A DNA stretch of 64,000 nt from Negaprion brevirostris (taxonomy: Eukaryota), in assembly GCA_030324005.1 (NCBI GenBank), contig JARDVH010000025.1:76208729-76272728 (forward strand), given 5' to 3'. Within the stretch, counting starts at the first letter, position 1. The number at the start of each line of letters is the position of its first letter. This document shows positions 36,606 to 49,142 of the stretch, in pieces. Made by a program: the position numbers and the translations under genes. The notes beneath the pieces are model-generated. The model was not told the DNA's origin, did no database searches, and saw only the letters and a list, made by a program, of their open reading frames with translations.

Positions 36606-37539
36606 TACTATAGGTTGTTTGCTGTGCTGTGTACTGTTTGCTATATACATGTTCCTCTGTCATTAGCTGTCTGCTGTGCAGTGTAAACTACACATTTTAT
36701 TGTCTATTGTATATTATGTTCTGTGTGATGTTTGCATCGAACAGCATATGGTTGTCTGACTACTATATATTCCATGCTGCATGAAGTAATAAGGACCAAA
36801 CTGAATTAGTGTCTGAAACAAGGCATTATCCAAGCAGCTATGATATGCCAGAATTAAAAGTTTTTTGTGGCCTCATCTACATAAAATTGCAAGATTTCAT
36901 TTTAATCTTCTCTGTGAAAAGATTTCCAGTTTCTTTGGTTTTGCTTCAGTTTTCCTGCTATAATTTTAGAAAGGCTCATGCAACTTTTGCTTATCCATGG
37001 CACCTTTCCTGAAGAAGAAAACCATTCAAAGCTGGCTACAGTAGAGAGATTTTACACCTGTACACTCCTGATGCATACTCAGCATGCAGGCAGGAAATTG
37101 CACCACCTAGCCCAAGATTTTTCATTAATTAATTTTAATAGATAACAAATCTTTGACCAGAAATATAAAACCTTCCAATGTATTCTGCTCAAATGCAATA
37201 AAACCATGCAAATAAGATAGACAGATAAAGACCATCTGGTTCATCTCATTCAGATATGTTGCAACAAAGCAATATGACCCTCTCTGTGCCTCACCCATGA
37301 GCACCCAACTATTCTCTTTGGAGAGGAATAAAAACACAATAAAAAATCTAGGAAAATAAAAGATGCCTAATGTATAATAACCTGTCAACTAAAAAGTGCT
37401 GAGGCATAAAATCTCATTAATCCAATAGCAGCCTTATGTAGAGTCTCAATTTAGTATCATTTATTTGCTTTTGTGCTTATGTACATATTTATATAACCTG
37501 GCATCTCATATTTTAATAACATTATTAACTTGTTTTCCC

Positions 37540-39020
37540 CAGTAACTTTAAAATATTTGGGTATCTGAATGACAATGTCTTTCTATTTCTATATTCTTTT
37601 TAAAGTCTTGTCATTTAATTTATATTTTCAGCACTTACTCTTCATCCCAAAGTATATATCACTTCACATTTTCCTTATTTAATTTTGCCAAACAACTATC
37701 CGTCCAATCTATTAACCTGCTTAGCGGTATGTCGTCTTTACAGTTATCCACACTTTCTATTCGCATGGTCATTTGCAAAGTTAGATTTTGTGTTCCTTTC
37801 ACCTGTGTTCACATTATTTATATACTTATCGAGCAAACCAACATCACTTAATGCTGACTCTTAGGGCACCACTATTTTCATCCTTCAATTCAGTGACACT
37901 CAGTAACCATTGCTCTCTGTTTGCTGCCCTTTAACTAACCTCTTAAAAGATTTTTTACATTTTAATTCCATGACCTTATTTTTATAATGAGCTTCTGATG
38001 TGGTATTTTATCAAAGACTTCTTGAAAATACATAAATTTAGAATGTAAAATAAATTTATTATTGCATTCTGTTATTCCCTCCCATTAACAAAAGTTATTT
38101 GTTAACAACTTTGTTGGACTTGTTCTTTTCAAATTCACATGTGAATAATGGTTCAGTTCTGCATTGTGTCCATGTACATTTATTCACTAGAAATGTTAAG
38201 ATGGCTGTAGTTACCTAGCATATCCTTTTCTCTCTTCTAGAATAGAGGGGATACACTGACAACCCTTCAATCATTTGGCTGTTTCAAAAAATCATGATGA
38301 GAGCCTCAGCTATTTCTTTTCACAATTCCTTCAGTATTCTAGGAAACATGCCATCAGAGCCCAGTGCCTGTTCCACGTTGAGCTCTATCAATATTTTCAG
38401 TAGTAATTCTATATTTTCAGTTATTCTTTTTATGTGTTTCACCATCTCCTCTTGTACCCTTTCATTCTGCCCTATTGAAGTCTTATCACAAAGCTAATGT
38501 GACGTACAGATTTACTATCCTTGACATTATTGCATCCTTTATAAGAAACTTTATGCAACTGGTCAAGCAGATAATTAATTGTTTATTTTCTACATGTACA
38601 TAATTTTACCTCTTGTTTTAATCTTTTTATTGATCCAGGGAATGTCAAGTTAACTAAATCACTTTCACTTCTTGTATGAATATTCTGTCATAATAATTTC
38701 CTGTTTGAAAGTTTCCAATTATTTGCCTTTTCCATCCATTATTCTTTCCAATTTATTTGGGCTACCTTCCATTTTATCTTGTTGAACTTTGCTTTATCAC
38801 CAAGTTCTTTTATCTTTGACTGTTTCTTCTGTTCAATGTTTTTATTGAACCTCTTTATGTTCTTAGGACCACTGACTTGACATTCCCCAACCTTTAAATT
38901 ACCTACTTCATATTCTAGAATGAATTTCAACATTTCTTCCTTCTTTGTTGGACTAAACATATACTGATCTAGAAAGTAATTCTGCTTGTATAATTGTATA
39001 TTGCACCTTGTGTGCACTGT
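37540..39020 (-). mobile_element. Ancient CR1-clade LINE ORF2 relic
   Basis: Minus strand gives FQEVFDKIPH (about 37998-38027; compare DFQKAFDKVPH), a FAND motif (about 37767-37780; compare FADD) and a KCEV-like motif (about 37660-37672). Heavily decayed. Confidence 0.65.
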
Positions 39021-39349
39021 TGGATTTACTGTTTACTGTTCCTTTACTAATTTCTATGTTATTGATTACTTAACCGGTTTGTCATATGCTGCAAACTATT
39101 TACTGTGCCCTGAATGCTATTTTCTGTGTGCTATTCTCCGTTTAATCACTCCAAAAAGAAATTAAGAAAATCATTTAAAAGGTACCATATATCATTTGGA
39201 AATAATGCTATCAGACAACTGTGTTAGGTGTACTAAAGTATCAAAAACAATCAGCCATTGAGTGCTCCTATTCTTGCTTCCCTCATAAAGTGGTTATTGA
39301 TGCACCCTAAAATGTTATTTCTATATAAATCACAAACTNNNNNNNNNNT

Positions 39350-39990
39350 TCCTAAAAAACTGGCAGTGTCAGGTTCTGACTGATAACTGATGGGTTTCTG
39401 CCCAGAAACACAGCCAGGTTTCATTCACAATCTTCTGACACTTGGCCATAGAAAAAGCAGGGGGGCATGTTTTGTGTCATCATTCTTGAGGGGCACAGCC
39501 TAAACATGCTAGCCAGGCCAACTCCACAGAGATAGGGGCACCATTTTTAAAAGGCTCCTGAGTGTGAAGTGACATGACCCCTCCCACTGCATGTCAACAG
39601 ATATTGGGACACTATCCACCAACCCTCCATTGTCACTGGCAACCTTCACCGCCCACCCCCATTCATTCATTGTCTCCAGCAATCTCCCACCCATTGTTGC
39701 CCCAGTCCCTGCCTCCATCCCCAGTGCCCTGATCTCAAAATCAAGTTAAAGGCCCTCCTCTCCCCATTGCCTCCCCACAGGCATCAGGACCCTGACAAAT
39801 GGAAATGCCCCCAACCTTCAAACACAGAGGGTCAAGCTCCCTCCCCACCATTCAGACATCAGGGCATCAGTGCCCACCCCTCACCCGCAATGCAGGCACA
39901 ACCCTCCCACTCACCCCCACCATGACTGTCGTCCCCACATAACAGGAATACCCCAATGCAGTTTCCTAGAGGCCCTCCCCTTATTTTGTT
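39350..39990. repeat. GC-rich non-autonomous repeat related to the 40.2-41.3k insertion
   Basis: Starts TTCCTAAAAAA as at 40189, with a C-rich interior similar to 40.45-40.79k; bounded by gaps. Confidence 0.4.
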
Positions 39991-40178
39991 NNNNNNNNNN
40001 NNNNNNNNNNNNNNNNNNNNNNNNNNNNNNNNNNNNNNNNNNNNNNNNNNNNNNNNNNNNNNNNNNNNNNNNNNNNNNNNNNNNNNNNNNGGGAACATTG
40101 GGCAGAGTTAGCATGGATTTAAGAAAGGAAAATCATGCTTGACAAATTTACTGGAATTCTTCAAGGATATAACTAGTA

Positions 40179-41293
40179 GGCCAGGTTTCTCCTAAAAAAA
40201 TTCTAAACCCCAATTCATGTGAAAATGGGAGTAACGCCCTCTGTTTTTTTTTAAGCAGGACTTTTGGATTGAATCTCCCATATTCTGTGCACCACAGAAT
40301 GCCCCAGTGGTATTCCCTCTGAAAATCAATGGGTGGGCCCTCTTCTCACCTGAGAGACTGGAAGCATAGCACTGAGCAGGCCACTGTACTTGCACTGATC
40401 TGTCAGGGTGGAGATCGGCACATGTATAGTGCTAGCCTCCACATCAGTGGCCAGACCTGCAACCCCACCCCCATCGCTGCCCCTCCGGTTACCCAATTGC
40501 TGGCCTCCCAGACTTCCATGACCAGCCCCAATCTCCCTGACCCCTCACTGGGCCAGGCTCAGGCTCAAACTCCATTCCTCCCCACCAAGAGTCCCAACGC
40601 CCACGCCCCCCTCCCCGCCCACCTCCAGTAATCTCAACCCTCCACCTCCTGGCAGCCCCAACCCCTTGGCAACCCTGACGCTACCCCCCCAACTAAGATG
40701 GCCAGTCATGATCACCATCTTTCTTCTCTCTACCACCAAGCCACCAATCCCGAATGCAGAGTGGCAGCATGTCCCCCCAGCTGATTGCANNNNNNNNNNN
40801 NNNNNNNNNNNNNNNNNNNNNNNNNNNNNNNNNNNNNNTTGGCACTGTCTAATGACCTGTGGGCAGTGCCAGCAGACCAGGCTGGTATTGCCATACTGGC
40901 ATGGCATGGGGGCACCCCACTTATCCCTGACCTTCTGGAGGCCTTTATGACCTCTCTTCACTCCAGTGGGGTTGGACCACCTGTTCCCCTTTAGTGGGGA
41001 ACAGTCGTAAACCCTGATGAGGTGAACCACTCCTAAGGGGGGGGTGGGGTGCATGAGAGATGCTAGCAAGCCCGGAGACCTCAGTCCCATGTTCACATGG
41101 GAATCTGGGTTAGCACATTGTAATCAGCTCCACGCTGATCTCTGGTGTGGAGCTGATTACTCTGAAAATCTTTGCCATGGAGGCACACAGATGCTGTGGC
41201 GCCCAGAGGGAAGCCCACAAAATGGCCTCCGCTGATGTCTCCTGGCCTGTTGCACTTTTTGAGCAGAGCAGCAGGCTGGGAGAATCACCCCTG
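40179..41293. mobile_element. Non-autonomous DNA-transposon-like insertion within the CR1 RT
   Basis: Separates contiguous RT motifs; imperfect TIRs GGCCAGGTTTCTCC ... GGAGAATCACCC; interior related to the 12.5-13.7k and 57.9k repeats. Confidence 0.6.
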
Positions 41294-42164
41294 ACGAGTT
41301 AATGAGGGGTAGCTAGTGGATGTGCTTTATTTGGACATTCAGAAAGCTTTCAATAAAGTCCCACATAAGAGATTAGTGTAAAGTTAAAGCATATGGGATT
41401 GGGGGTCATGTACCCTCATGATTGGGAGTTACGAGATGGATAGAAAACCAGTTGGCAGACAGGAAACAAAGAGCAGGTATAAACTGACCTTTTTCTGAAT
41501 GGCAGGCAGTGACACGAGGGGTACTCCAGGGATTAGTGCTAGAACCCAAACTATTCACCGTATGTATAAATGATTTAGATGAGGGAACTAAATATAATAT
41601 CTCCAAAAACACAAAATTGGGTGGGACGGTGAGCTTTGAGGAGGATGCAGTGATGCTTCAGTGTGATTTGGACAAGCTGAGTGAGCAAGCATATGCATGG
41701 CAGATGCAGTATAATGTGGATAAATGTGAGGTTATCCACTTTGGTAGCAAAAATAGGAAGACAAATTATTATCTGAATGGCTATAAATTAAGAGATGAGA
41801 ATGTGCAATGAGACCTGGGTGTCCTTGTACACGTGTCTCTGATGGTAAGCATTCAGGTGCGGCAGGCGGCAAAGAACGCAAATGTTGTGTTGCCTTCATA
41901 GTGAGAGGATTTGGGTGCCTTGCTGAAATTATACAGCACCTTGGTGAGGCCACCCCAGGAATATCGCGTGCAGTTTTGGTTTCCTTATCTGAAGAAGAAT
42001 GTTCTTGCTATAGAGGGAATACAGCAAAAGATTTACTGATTCCTGGAATGGTGGGACTGATGGATGGAGAAATTGAGTCGCTTAGGGTTATATTTTCTGG
42101 AATTAAGACCATAAGATATCGGAGCAGAATAAGGCCATTCAACCCATCGAGTCTGCTCCACCAT

Positions 42165-42490
42165 TCATAGAATCGTAGAATCCCTACAGTGCAGAAACAG
42201 CCATTCAGCCCATCAAGTCCACATTGACAACAATCTCACCCAGGTGCTAAATGTGTGGCTGCAACCCCACACATTTATCCCACTAATCTACGGATCCCAG
42301 GACATTAAGGCGCAATTTAGCATGGCCAATGCACAGAACCTGCACACTTTTGGACTGTGGGAAGAAACCGGAGCACATGGAGGAAATCTACGCAGACACG
42401 GGGAGAATGTGCAAACTCTGCACAGATAGTGACCCAAGCCGGGAATCAAACCTGAGTTCCTGGAGCTGTGAGGCAGCACTGTGTCACCGT
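42165..42490 (-). mobile_element. HE1-like tRNA-derived SINE
   Basis: Reverse tRNA-like head, V-SINE core CAATTTAGCATGGCCAATGCAC and CR1-type tail (ATAGAATC)n. Confidence 0.85.
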
Positions 42491-44204
42491 ACTGATAAGT
42501 TTCTCAACCCCATTCTCTTGGTTTTTTTTCCCCATAATCCTTGATCCCTTTACCAAATAATAATCTACCTATTTCTGCCTTAATTGTACTCAGTGACCTG
42601 GCCTCTACAGCCTTCTGTGGCAATGAATTCCAGATGAATGAGGGAGAACCTCATAAAAACCTATAACATTTTAATAGGACTAGACTGAGTAGATGCAGGA
42701 AGGATGTTCCTGATAGTGGGTGTGTCCAGAAAAGGGGGTCACAGTCTAAGGACATGGGGTAAACCTTTCGGGACTGAGATGAGCAGAAATCGTTATACTC
42801 AGAGAGTGGTAAGCTTGTGGAATTCTCTACCACAGAAACAGTTGAGGCCAAAACATCGTATGTTTTCAAGAAGAAGTTAGATTTGTCTCCTGGGGCAAAA
42901 GGAATCAAAGGATATGGACAGAAGGTGGAATCATGCTACAGGCTGAACTCAATCACCTCGCCTGCTGCAGAATCAGGACAGGTGAGGGTCCGACAATGGA
43001 AATCTCCGTTGGCCTCAGGTGGAAATTTCCGGCCTTGCCTGAGCGTGGCCATAAAATCCTGTCCATTGAGTTAGATGATTAGTCATGATCATAATGAATG
43101 ACGGAGCAGGCTCAAAGGGCTGAATGGCCTACTCATCTTTTCTATATTTCTATGTTTTGCCTCTTTNNNNNNNNNNNNNNNNNNNNNNNNNNNNNNNNNN
43201 NNNNNNNNNNNNNNNNNNNNNNNNNNNNNNNNNNNNNNNNNNNNNNNNNNNNNNNNNNNNNNNNNNNNNNNNNNNNNNNNNNNNNNNNNNNNNNNNNNNN
43301 NNNNNNNNNNNNNNNNNNNNCAGGCTCAAAGGGCTGAATGGCCTACTCCTCTTTTCTATATTTCTATGTTTTGCCTCTTTTTGAAAACCGGTAGTGATAT
43401 TTAATTAGCTTTCTAAAGTAATACATTTAGTATTTTATATTTGCCTAATGCTCGGATGAGCTCTATTATTTCAAAGGCAATGTGAGAAGGGAAACAGTTT
43501 AGTGTTACACGATTGTATTGGCTGAGGAGCAGGGAGATGCAAAGCAAAGAGGCAACAGTGCCACCACTGATGGGAGGGTATAATCACAGCATGCTATGCT
43601 TAACTAAAGGTTCCCACGATAAATATAAAGATTTTGCGGATAGATTAACCTTTCTGGAGTAGACCAAAAAAAATCAGAGCAAAATGAAATTAAGAGAGTG
43701 TGTGTGCATAAAGAGAACAGGCATTGAAAAAAATATGAAAATCAACAAAAGGAAAGGAAGAAAGAACATGGTTGCAATCAGAAAGAAGTTGCAGATGCAG
43801 GAGATATGAAATGATAATTCTTACTCTGGGAAACACAGTGCAGCCTCACTTGTATCCAGCAAGAAGGAATAAAGTTACCTCTACTCGAACTGTAGATTCA
43901 ATGAGCCACACTGAAATGTCTTCATTTTGCTCCACCGCACACCAACTCCCAGAAACCAGCTAATCTATTTGTTTTCCCAGATTGAAAAAAAAGATGGTGT
44001 TGGGAGAGCTGGAGGGGTGGGGGGTGTTGATTGAAGGCTGCGAGAGGGTGCTTGAGATACCTAAGATCTGTTTCTAAGATCAATCACTCCATTTACTACT
44101 AATAATGATACGTTCTCTGTACCTATAAACACCAGTTGCTTCAAGGAATATCAGTTCACAAGGCCAACATATTACTGTTTTAATAGATACAATAAATCTG
44201 AATT

Positions 44205-44580
44205 TTTGTTATTCGTTTGTGGGACATGGGTGTTGCTGGCTGGCCAGCATTTATTGTCCATTCCTACTTGCCCTTTAGAAGGTGATGGTGAGCTGCCTTC
44301 TTGAATCGCTGCAGTCCATGTTCTGTGGGTTGATCCACAATGCCATTAGAGAGGGTATTCCAGGATTTTGACCCAGAAATTGTGAAGAAATGGCGATATA
44401 TTTCCAAGTCAAGATGATGACTGGTTTGGAGGGGAACTCGCAGGTGGTGGTGTTCCCATGTATTTGTTGCCCTTGTCCTTCTGGATGGAAGTGGTCATGA
44501 GTTTGGAAAGTGCTGTCTAAGGATTTTGGTGAATTGCTGCAGTGCATCTTGTAGATAGTAGACATTGCTGCTCCTGAGTG
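44205..44580 (-). mobile_element. LINE 3' end (CR1/L2 group)
   Basis: Minus strand encodes IYKMHCSNSP and, after frameshifts, GSKSWNTL...LQRFKKAAHHHLL, followed by the tail AATAAATGCTGGCCAGCCAGCAACACCCATGTCCCAC. Confidence 0.75.
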
Positions 44581-45839
44581 TGTACTATCTACGAGGTGCA
44601 CTGCAGCAATTCATCAAAGATGTATCACCATAATTTGTTGCTAGGAAATGCTGGAAAGTTGTGAACCAGGATTTTATCGGCCGCCCGCCCCAGAATTGCG
44701 GCAGACAAGGCTCGCAGAATAATATTCTCTGTTGGCCATGGGTGGAATCTTACAAGCCTCGGACAGGTGAGGTGGTAAAATTCTGGCAGTGGTGTGATTA
44801 CTGAGTACCTCCATAAGATATGTGAAGGGTCATTTATCCCCCCACCCCAGTTACTATTATTATTCCTTAATAGGCTTGATTCTGAAGATGATTGACTTGT
44901 TCATCTAACTGTCTGCTTGACCAGAAGTGTACTGGTCTGAGCATAATACTCATACAAACCACAGTGCCTCATGGCTATTTGTAGAATTATAAATTTTGAA
45001 TAAGATGAACAAGGGAGTTAAATACATCAGTGATTGCAGAGTATGAGCTTGCCTGTTGATGTATGGGAAGGACGTGATGTTGCGGGGTGCAATACTAGAC
45101 AGTAGTTTAAAGGGGCAGGCGTCACAGCTTGGCTAATTGGGAACACAACAACTAGTCAATTAAAAAGAAAGGGCTATATCTATTTACATTTATTCATTTA
45201 TGAAGACAGTGAATACAGCATTCCAGGAACACTTTCGGAATCTGTTTATACATTACCAGATTCAATGATAATTGATTCTATTGGGAAATTTTTCTTCTGC
45301 AGAATGGACTATCAGTGGAAGTTGAGCGGTAGCATTGAAAGGATAGTAATAAATTTGCTCTTGTTTTATCTTGGTTTGAATATGGAAGTTCAATTTTATA
45401 TCAAACTTTACATTAGGTGTGGTTTGTATTAGCGATACATATTTGTATGAGTTCAATATTACTTGCTTGCATAGATATTGTTAACTTTGTACTGTTTTAT
45501 GAATTCTTATATAATAAATGGCAGGTTCTTCAGGACTGCTGATCTTCGTGCTGGAATTCCCAATATGTGGTCTTGATGCCCTGGATATGTAAATTCACTA
45601 ATTAACGCCTATGGAGTATTCTGCAGCAAACTGCTTTACTCTCTGATCAAATTTACGCTCTTACCTAGCAGGAATAATATTGTAACACAGTTCAAAGGTT
45701 TTCCGTTTAAAATAAATTAGTAGCTTTAATACAATTGAAACAATATAAATTAACAGAAATTGTAGCTGTGGCAGTATATTTAAAGAGAAAAGCCAGATTA
45801 ATGTTCACAGTTTTGGCCGTGATATCGAACTGATCTTTT

Positions 45840-46225
45840 AAAATTCAATCAAGTCAAATCCAATTCAGAGTCCCAACAAGTGGGGACATTCTCGATCCAA
45901 GCTGACAAGACTAGGTACTCACCTCCTGTCTCAGGCTTGGTCTACGTGATCCAATCTAATTGGAGTTGGCATAGTCCCTCCTCCAAGGCTTGATCTTATN
46001 NNNNNNNNNNNNNNNNNNNNNNNNNNNNNNNNNNNNNNNNNNNNNNNNNNNNNNNNNNNNNNNNNNNNNNNNNNNNNNNNNNNNNNNNNNNNNNNNNNNT
46101 GCATCTTAGCCCAAAGGCCAATATGCCACTTTCAAAAATTCCTTCAAATGAAGTTAAAATGTAACCTAATGACTTCAACCAAGCGCAGCATGTCAATACT
46201 ACACTTGATCTTAGCCGAGAAGCAT
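45840..46225 (-). mobile_element. U2 snRNA-headed SINE-like element
   Basis: Minus strand starts ATGCTTCTCGGCTAAGATCAAGTGTAGTAT, which is U2 nt about 1-39 with an 8-nt deletion. Further U2-like pieces GGCCTTTGGGCTAAGAT (46103-46119) and TAAGATCAAG (45989-45998). The body is non-U2 with two hairpins. Confidence 0.7.
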
Positions 46226-46781
46226 ATCAATAACAATATTAATCAATATTAGACTGTTATTGCATGATATACATTGATTGCTTACCATGTTTGGGCACTG
46301 ATCTCATTAAAATGGATCTTGTGAGATGGGTGAATTATAGTAGCTCACCACACCAGTGTAAGTGGAGGGGAGAATATTGATAGAGACCCATTCATGTTCT
46401 CTGGCTTCTGCCAATTCTGTTCATATTGAGGTAATTTTCTGATTCAGTTTCCAGTCTATGCCCTGCTGTTATCTTAAATAAAACTATCTTTCTTCCAAAA
46501 GCCAATGATACACATTCAGGCAATGTTCATGGTAAGAGCAGACCTCAAGAAACCCATTCAAGTAACTTGATTTGATTTGATATATTATTATTACATATAT
46601 TAGTATGCAGTAAACATCATTGTTTCTTGTGCACTATNNNNNNNNNNNNNNNNNNNNNNNNNNNNNNNNNNNNNNNNNNNNNNNNNNNNNNNNNNNNNNN
46701 NNNNNNNNNNNNNNNNNNNNNNNNNNNNNNNNNNNNNNNNNNNNNNNNNNNNNNNNNNNNNNNNNNNNNNNNNNNNNNNNN

Positions 46782-46930
46782 AGATAGATTTCTGATAGAC
46801 AAGGGAATTAAGGGTTATGGGGAGAAAGCGGGAAAGTGGAACTGATTCACTTCAGATCTTATTGAATTGTGGGGCAGGCTCGAAAGGCTAGATGGCCTAC
46901 TCCTGCTCCTATTTCTTATATTTCTTATGT
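46782..46930 (+). mobile_element. CR1 LINE 3' tail
   Basis: AGATAGATTT...AAGGGAATTAAGGGTTATGGGGAG...ATGGCCTACTCCTGCTCCTATTTCTTAT. Confidence 0.8.
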
Positions 46931-46934
46931 TTCA

Positions 46935-47340
46935 ATGGGTGGGAGGCTGCTTTGAGTGATTTGGCTTCATTCACGGCCCTTTGTAGTTTATTGCAGATTT
47001 GAACAGAGCAGGAGTCATACCAAGCTGTGATGCAACCAGAAAAAATACTCTATGGTACATCTGTAAAAGTTGGTGAGATCATAGTGGACATGCCAACTTT
47101 CTTTAGTCTTTTGAGAAAGTGGAGGCATTGGTGGACTTTCTTAACTATAGTGTGGCATGGAGGGACCAGGACAGGTTGTTGGTGATCTGGACGCCTAAAA
47201 ACTTAGAACTCTCAACTATTTTTACTTTTCATCCCCATTGATATAGAGAGGGGGGTTCCTGAATTTGATGACTATCTCCTACATTTTGTTGACGTTGAGG
47301 GAGAGATTATTGTCATTGCACCAGTTCACCAGATTCTCTA
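46935..47340 (-). mobile_element. Rex1/Babar- or L2-like LINE RT C-terminal fragment
   Basis: Minus strand reads IVKKVHQCLHFLKRLKKVGMS...LTNFYRCTIES, matching the KKAQQRLYFLRKL...FYRC.IES pattern. Confidence 0.7.
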
Positions 47341-48964
47341 TGATCAATGAACATTAAGTATTGGAGGACAATTCAACATTGGAAATCTCAGAGTTAAGTT
47401 TAATCTTATTCATCCCTGAGTACACTTTCTGTTAGAGGTCATATCATGGAATTAGGAATTGATGGTTGACTTTTCTCTCCGAGCCTCGGGACAGTGAGGC
47501 GAAATGCAGAAAGGATTAGTTAACTTAGCATAAATAGGGATTCAGAACCAGGGCTTTCTTAACCTGCATGTTCATCTACATGATATGAGTACCATATCAC
47601 AGCATTTACCCTTCAAGCCATGTGTGCAGGAGCATTACATTCTTATTGTTAGATTGGAAGAAGAGTGAAACACCTTTCAGTTCAGGTGAGGCCAACCCAG
47701 ACAATGGACCATGACTTAGTTCCTTCAGGGTATCACACTATTTAGATCGGTCCTCCAAACCCCAGTCAGGGAGTCTATGTCCAGTTTTACAATACAACTC
47801 TCCCAGGCCAAATTTGGTGCAGATTATGGGGAGTTCTCAGACTAACCTAGAACTTATTCCTTTACACGTTTGAAAACCCTCTGCAGAAGATCTATAATAG
47901 AATAAGCCAATTAATCTCACAGGAGTACAGATATCTTCTCTGGTATTGAGTGGCTTCAAGGTGAACTAATAGCTACTGATAATAATTCTTCAGTTAGTTT
48001 CGTCATTTAGGTAATTTCAGGTGGAAGGGAAATGTAGCTATTCTTTATAGATAGTACTGTTTACTGAGTAGTTTTGATGTTGGTGATTAAACCATTCTCT
48101 AGTACTGTATATGAAAATGAAGTGAAGATATTAAGGATATAAAAGAACTCAACAGTTGGGCTGACAAATTATTGATCAACATTCACCTATGTGAGTTCTA
48201 ATTATCTAATCATTTTGGCTTGCAATTTTTTTTAGATCTACTCAAATCTTCACTGTTTGTGTTTTGCTTCTTTTTTTATTTGCTATATATCATCAAGAAT
48301 TGCTCAATTATTTAAACAAAATTGACATAAGACAAGATCCAGAAACCCAAAACACACACTTTTAATTCTTCATTTGTTTCTGTATTCACTCAAATAAAAT
48401 CTCTTGCATTTCTTCTTAAAGTCTAACTTGTAGTTTAGTAGCAATAAATGTAAGTATCCCAGTGTGTATCAGGCAGTAAATAACTTCTGTGTACTGAATA
48501 AACACAGGGACCAATGGTTGAAGTTTTTATTGGTGCTATAATGTTTGCACTATGCTTCAGACTCTGTGGCCTTCACTGTTTGTTGTTGGTTAAGTGTATG
48601 GGGCTGGAACTCACAAGTTTTATGAGCAAGGATCATAACCTTATGATCTTCAACTAACTTTTAGTATTATTTAGCATAACTCTTAAGAGCCAGACTCTTT
48701 TTTAGAAAAACAAAGCATTTTTATGATATCTTTTTTGCAACAATTTTTAGTTAATTTTCCAGAAATCAAAGTGACATGTTGAAATTGAGGAATGAAATAT
48801 ATTTTCCCAGAATTTGTATCCAGTGAGAACATCAAGCTCTCCAAGATCAGGTATAACCCAATAACTTTCTGGGGAAATCCTTTCCAGTGTGTTCCAATGT
48901 GCTGTAGCCCCAATTGCAATAATGTAAAAGGCAAAGATAGTCCCCGATGACCAAAAGATGCTCA

Positions 48965-49142
48965 CTCCTCAAAGAGGAGTGACTGGTGGTGATTTAATCT
49001 GAGACTCATACACCTCTGAGTATGGGCTAGGTCAAGAAAGCAGGGCATTCATGAATAACCTCAGCTGGTAGGGGAATTAAACCCACACTGTTAGCATCAC
49101 TCAGCATTACTAACTAGCCTTCAAGTCAACTGAGTTACTCAG
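48965..49142 (-). mobile_element. Short tRNA-derived SINE
   Basis: Reverse strand has A-box-like TAACTCAGTTGA and B-box-like GGTTTAATTCCC, followed by a body of about 100 nt. Confidence 0.55.

Larger units (their letters stand above)
40091..43160 (+). mobile_element. CR1 LINE (RT to 3' tail) fragmented by nested insertions
   Basis: HGFKKGKSCLTNLLEFFKDITS (40.11-40.18k), DVLYLDIQKAFNKVPHKRL (41.32-41.38k), GVLQGLVLEPKLFTVCINDLDEG...WQMQYNVDKCEVIHFG (41.5-41.75k), LWNSLP (42.8k), and the CR1 tail at 43.07-43.16k. Confidence 0.9.

Noticed and set aside
43107-43380. About 60 bp repeated on both sides of the N gap (43107-43166 and 43321-43380)
   Set aside because: Near-identical sequence flanking a scaffold gap is most simply an unmerged contig overlap.
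46196-46225. Functional U2 snRNA gene
   Set aside because: Only about 39 nt match, with an internal deletion; the Sm site and 3' stems are absent.
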